Positions 29,737 to 32,000 of a DNA stretch of 32,000 nt are shown one piece after another. Positions within the stretch are counted from its first letter, which is position 1. The number at the start of each line of letters is the position of its first letter. The stretch spans positions 1-32,000 of the forward strand of contig JAPZAR010000024.1 of the NCBI GenBank assembly GCA_027460535.1. Direction: 5' to 3'. The position numbers and the translations under genes are program-made. The stretch comes from Candidatus Methanoperedens sp. (GTDB taxonomy: Archaea; Halobacteriota; Methanosarcinia; Methanosarcinales; Methanoperedenaceae). Under the pieces are notes generated by a model. It ran no database searches, was not told the DNA's origin, and saw only the letters and a program-made list of their open reading frames with translations.

Positions 29737-30834
29737 TTAATACATGGGCTTAAGACCCTCAAGTTTCTGTTCAATAGAGATATTTTGCCTGATAACCTGT
29801 TCCTTTTTCTCTCGTTCTTTTTGCACAGCTTCAACGCCTATGCTGAACAGTTTATCCAGTTCGGCAGAAGCTCCGATCGACAGAACCGACAGCACTCTGG
29901 GCATTTCACCGTTCCGTAAAAGAACGCCCTTGAATATCTGGCCTATCTCCTTGGATAATTTCTCGATCTCATTGGTAATATCGGTTATATCGAGGTACTT
30001 CTTGTCTCCTTCCAGGATTATCATCGCACGATTGGCTTCACTGTACGGATCAAGTTCAAAAAGGAGACCTGCATGAGAAATGCTGTGTTCAATGACAGCT
30101 TTTATGGGGAGATTATCCGTGCCTTCCCCGAACCCCAATGTGGCAAGCTTTGAACCGCTTGACATCACGGTCTTGAAATCACCAAGGTCAGTCACCATCA
30201 TCATCTCGCTGTCCAGCACCTTTATAAGAAACAGAATCCTCTGCGCGATAGTCCTATTGATCCCATCGTATGCGGTCTTTATATCCTTCCCGAGGTGTTT
30301 CAGGAACTGGTTGTCCGCGATTATAGTACCATCGCACTGTCCGCTCATTATTTCCTTTAAACAGAAAATCGAATTTTGAAGATAGATCGAACCCTCTTCC
30401 CTGAAGGGCAGCACCATTACCCCGTAAACATTGGTCTTACACCTTTCCTTCAGCGCCTCTATCAGAAGGGGCGAAAACGATGAACCCGTGCCACCTGATG
30501 CCGAGGATATAATAAAAGCAAGGTCGAAATCCCCGCGTTCTTCTATGACCCGCATCAGAAGTTCTTTATTATCCTCAAAGCATTTCTTTCCTATTATCCT
30601 GTTCGCCCCGACTCCATGAAGATATGGAACATGGATCCTGTCCTTTGTCTTCGTGAACCTCAATTCTTTTAAATCGTTGATGGCCGTATTTATTGATATG
30701 GTCTCGACTTTGCTTGTAAATCGCTGCTTCCCATAATACTTGGAGAGCACACTGCCGCCAAAAGCTTCCTTGTTTATCGCATCAAGTATCCTGTTACCAC
30801 ATTGCCCGACGCCGATCAAAAGTATGTTTAACAT
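29737..30834 (-). CDS. tubulin/FtsZ-superfamily GTPase, CetZ-like (non-canonical)
   Basis: 365 aa with T1 loop LLIGVGQCGNRILD, tubulin signature/T4 SSASGGTGSSFSP, T7-region IIADNQFL and TDLGDFKTVM, then GSKLATLGFGEG and ANRAMIILEGD. A charged C-terminal linker ends in LEGLKPMY. The ATG lies 8 nt after the upstream gene's stop. Confidence 0.8.
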   Translation of the reverse strand: MLNILLIGVGQCGNRILDAINKEAFGGSVLSKYYGKQRFTSKVETISINTAINDLKELRFTKTKDRIHVPYLHGVGANRIIGKKCFEDNKELLMRVIEERGDFDLAFIISSASGGTGSSFSPLLIEALKERCKTNVYGVMVLPFREEGSIYLQNSIFCLKEIMSGQCDGTIIADNQFLKHLGKDIKTAYDGINRTIAQRILFLIKVLDSEMMMVTDLGDFKTVMSSGSKLATLGFGEGTDNLPIKAVIEHSISHAGLLFELDPYSEANRAMIILEGDKKYLDITDITNEIEKLSKEIGQIFKGVLLRNGEMPRVLSVLSIGASAELDKLFSIGVEAVQKEREKKEQVIRQNISIEQKLEGLKPMY

Positions 30835-30842
30835 ATGTTTTC

Positions 30843-31982
30843 TCAGTATGAATATTCTTTATGTCTCTTTATCGTTAACACAACTATACCTGTCACAATC
30901 ATTATCATGGACACAATTGCATACAAATAATAATTATTTTCCGCCTTTTTTGCCACAACTATATTATCAGATTCAGAGGTAGTGCCTATCGTATCGTCAT
31001 TATAGACAGTCCTTAGATGCACGGAATAATTTCCCGGCTCTATCGCCTTTAACGTGACAGTATAAGTTTCCGCATAGCCCGGATATATCCTTTTATATAC
31101 CTGCCTTAAATCCCCGTCCATAACCAGTGTGCCCTCAGGAGACTTACCGTCCACCGGCTCCACAAGTATTGATTCCGCGGGAGCTTTCCCAATATTCGTT
31201 ATTTTTACTGCGACTTTAAAAAGTTCATCAGTATTAATATTATTTTTATTCAGAGTAACAACAGTTGTCAGGATTGATCTTTCCGGCACAACCTCCGCAA
31301 CTGTTATGATAATAGGAGCTGTCTTATTCGCTTTCGAGCCATAGGTAATAGTTGAGGGGCCAAAAGTGAACGTTCCTGAGTCAACGGCTTTTAACGCATA
31401 ATACACTTCCTGAACCTCTCCCGGTTCAAGCCTATCTTCGGGTACCGGCGGGAACTTTGAGCCCGGAGCATTGGAAAAACCGTTGGGAAGCCCCTCATTC
31501 AATGTCAGATTATACGCAGTAGCATTTCCTGTATTCTCCAGTCTTATTTTAAATTCTACTGTGCCTCCCAGATTTACATTTGACTTGTCCACGATCCTTG
31601 TAATTACAATGTTTGGGACACCAACGGGTAGGGTTGGTATCAACACATCGTATGTTTTGGGATAACTCCAGCGTTCAGGGAATTCTAATGTGAGAACTGC
31701 AGAACTCTCAGAAATAATAGGCATGCTTAGCTTTAGTTGATTATATACGATAGGGGCTTCCCCGACGTGTATATTCCTGATCGCCGACGAATCGTTCATG
31801 GTCAGATTGACCATAACATAATTATCAGGTTTAACGATTTTTATTAGTTCAACCATGAAGGTTCCGCTTTCAAAATTCAACCCAGTGTTATTCTTCATGG
31901 TGAAATTATATGTTTGAGTGGAAGCGTCTGCAAGCGGCGAGAGTATCAGCAGTATTGACAATAAAAACCAGTGTCTCTTCAT
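30843..31982 (-). CDS. type I membrane cell-surface protein with CARDB/DUF11-like Ig-fold repeats
   Basis: 379 aa with signal peptide MKRHWFLLSILLILSPLADA. Two CARDB-like segments are present (NVNLGGTVEFKIRLENTGNATAYNLTLNEGLP; ELFKVAVKITNIGKAPAESILVEP), along with many N-x-S/T sequons. A C-terminal TM anchor (YLYAIVSMIMIVTGIVVLTI) is followed by an 8-aa tail, KRHKEYSY. Confidence 0.65.
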   Translation of the reverse strand: MKRHWFLLSILLILSPLADASTQTYNFTMKNNTGLNFESGTFMVELIKIVKPDNYVMVNLTMNDSSAIRNIHVGEAPIVYNQLKLSMPIISESSAVLTLEFPERWSYPKTYDVLIPTLPVGVPNIVITRIVDKSNVNLGGTVEFKIRLENTGNATAYNLTLNEGLPNGFSNAPGSKFPPVPEDRLEPGEVQEVYYALKAVDSGTFTFGPSTITYGSKANKTAPIIITVAEVVPERSILTTVVTLNKNNINTDELFKVAVKITNIGKAPAESILVEPVDGKSPEGTLVMDGDLRQVYKRIYPGYAETYTVTLKAIEPGNYSVHLRTVYNDDTIGTTSESDNIVVAKKAENNYYLYAIVSMIMIVTGIVVLTIKRHKEYSY

Positions 31983-32000
31983 TTGAAAATTACCTTTTTC

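Overview
Archaeal chromosome segment, most likely from a methanogen or ANME-type euryarchaeon. Lineage markers are a complete A1AO ATP synthase operon in the canonical order atpH-I-K-E-C-F-A-B-D, class I LysRS, archaeal-type PPAT and a DUF2099/methanogenesis-marker-8-like protein. I support about 33 protein genes, nearly all on the minus strand. Left third: ATP synthase operon (501-8723), a polyprenol-kinase-like membrane protein and GlyRS. Middle: a secreted beta-helix protein, a membrane protein, marker 8 plus a Cys/Met-family PLP enzyme, PPAT and LysRS. Three visibly AT-rich islets are present: 1-460; 18230-19660 with Mrr, an MNT nucleotidyltransferase and a decayed HEPN; and 26475-28340 with a three-gene cassette of unknown function. 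The last two bracket a heat-shock operon (regulator, hsp20, cdc48, cdc48, hsp20-like, small membrane protein; 19680-26182). Its promoter carries an exact CTAAC-N5-GTTAG HSR1-type operator. Right end: YrdC/TsaC, a 2x[4Fe-4S] ferredoxin, and a CetZ/tubulin-like GTPase apparently co-transcribed with a CARDB-type surface protein. I recognised no rRNA, tRNA, CRISPR array or transposase. The best candidates for something new are the AT-rich wHTH/unknown/Rossmann-like cassette, a start-codon-sequestering hairpin between the cdc48 paralogues, the surface-protein/tubulin-like pair, and the marker-8/PLP-enzyme pair. All functional calls come from motif recognition by eye on the supplied translations; no database search was possible. 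Several ORF-track starts are TTG/GTG codons that I moved to nearby ATGs after checking the nucleotides.
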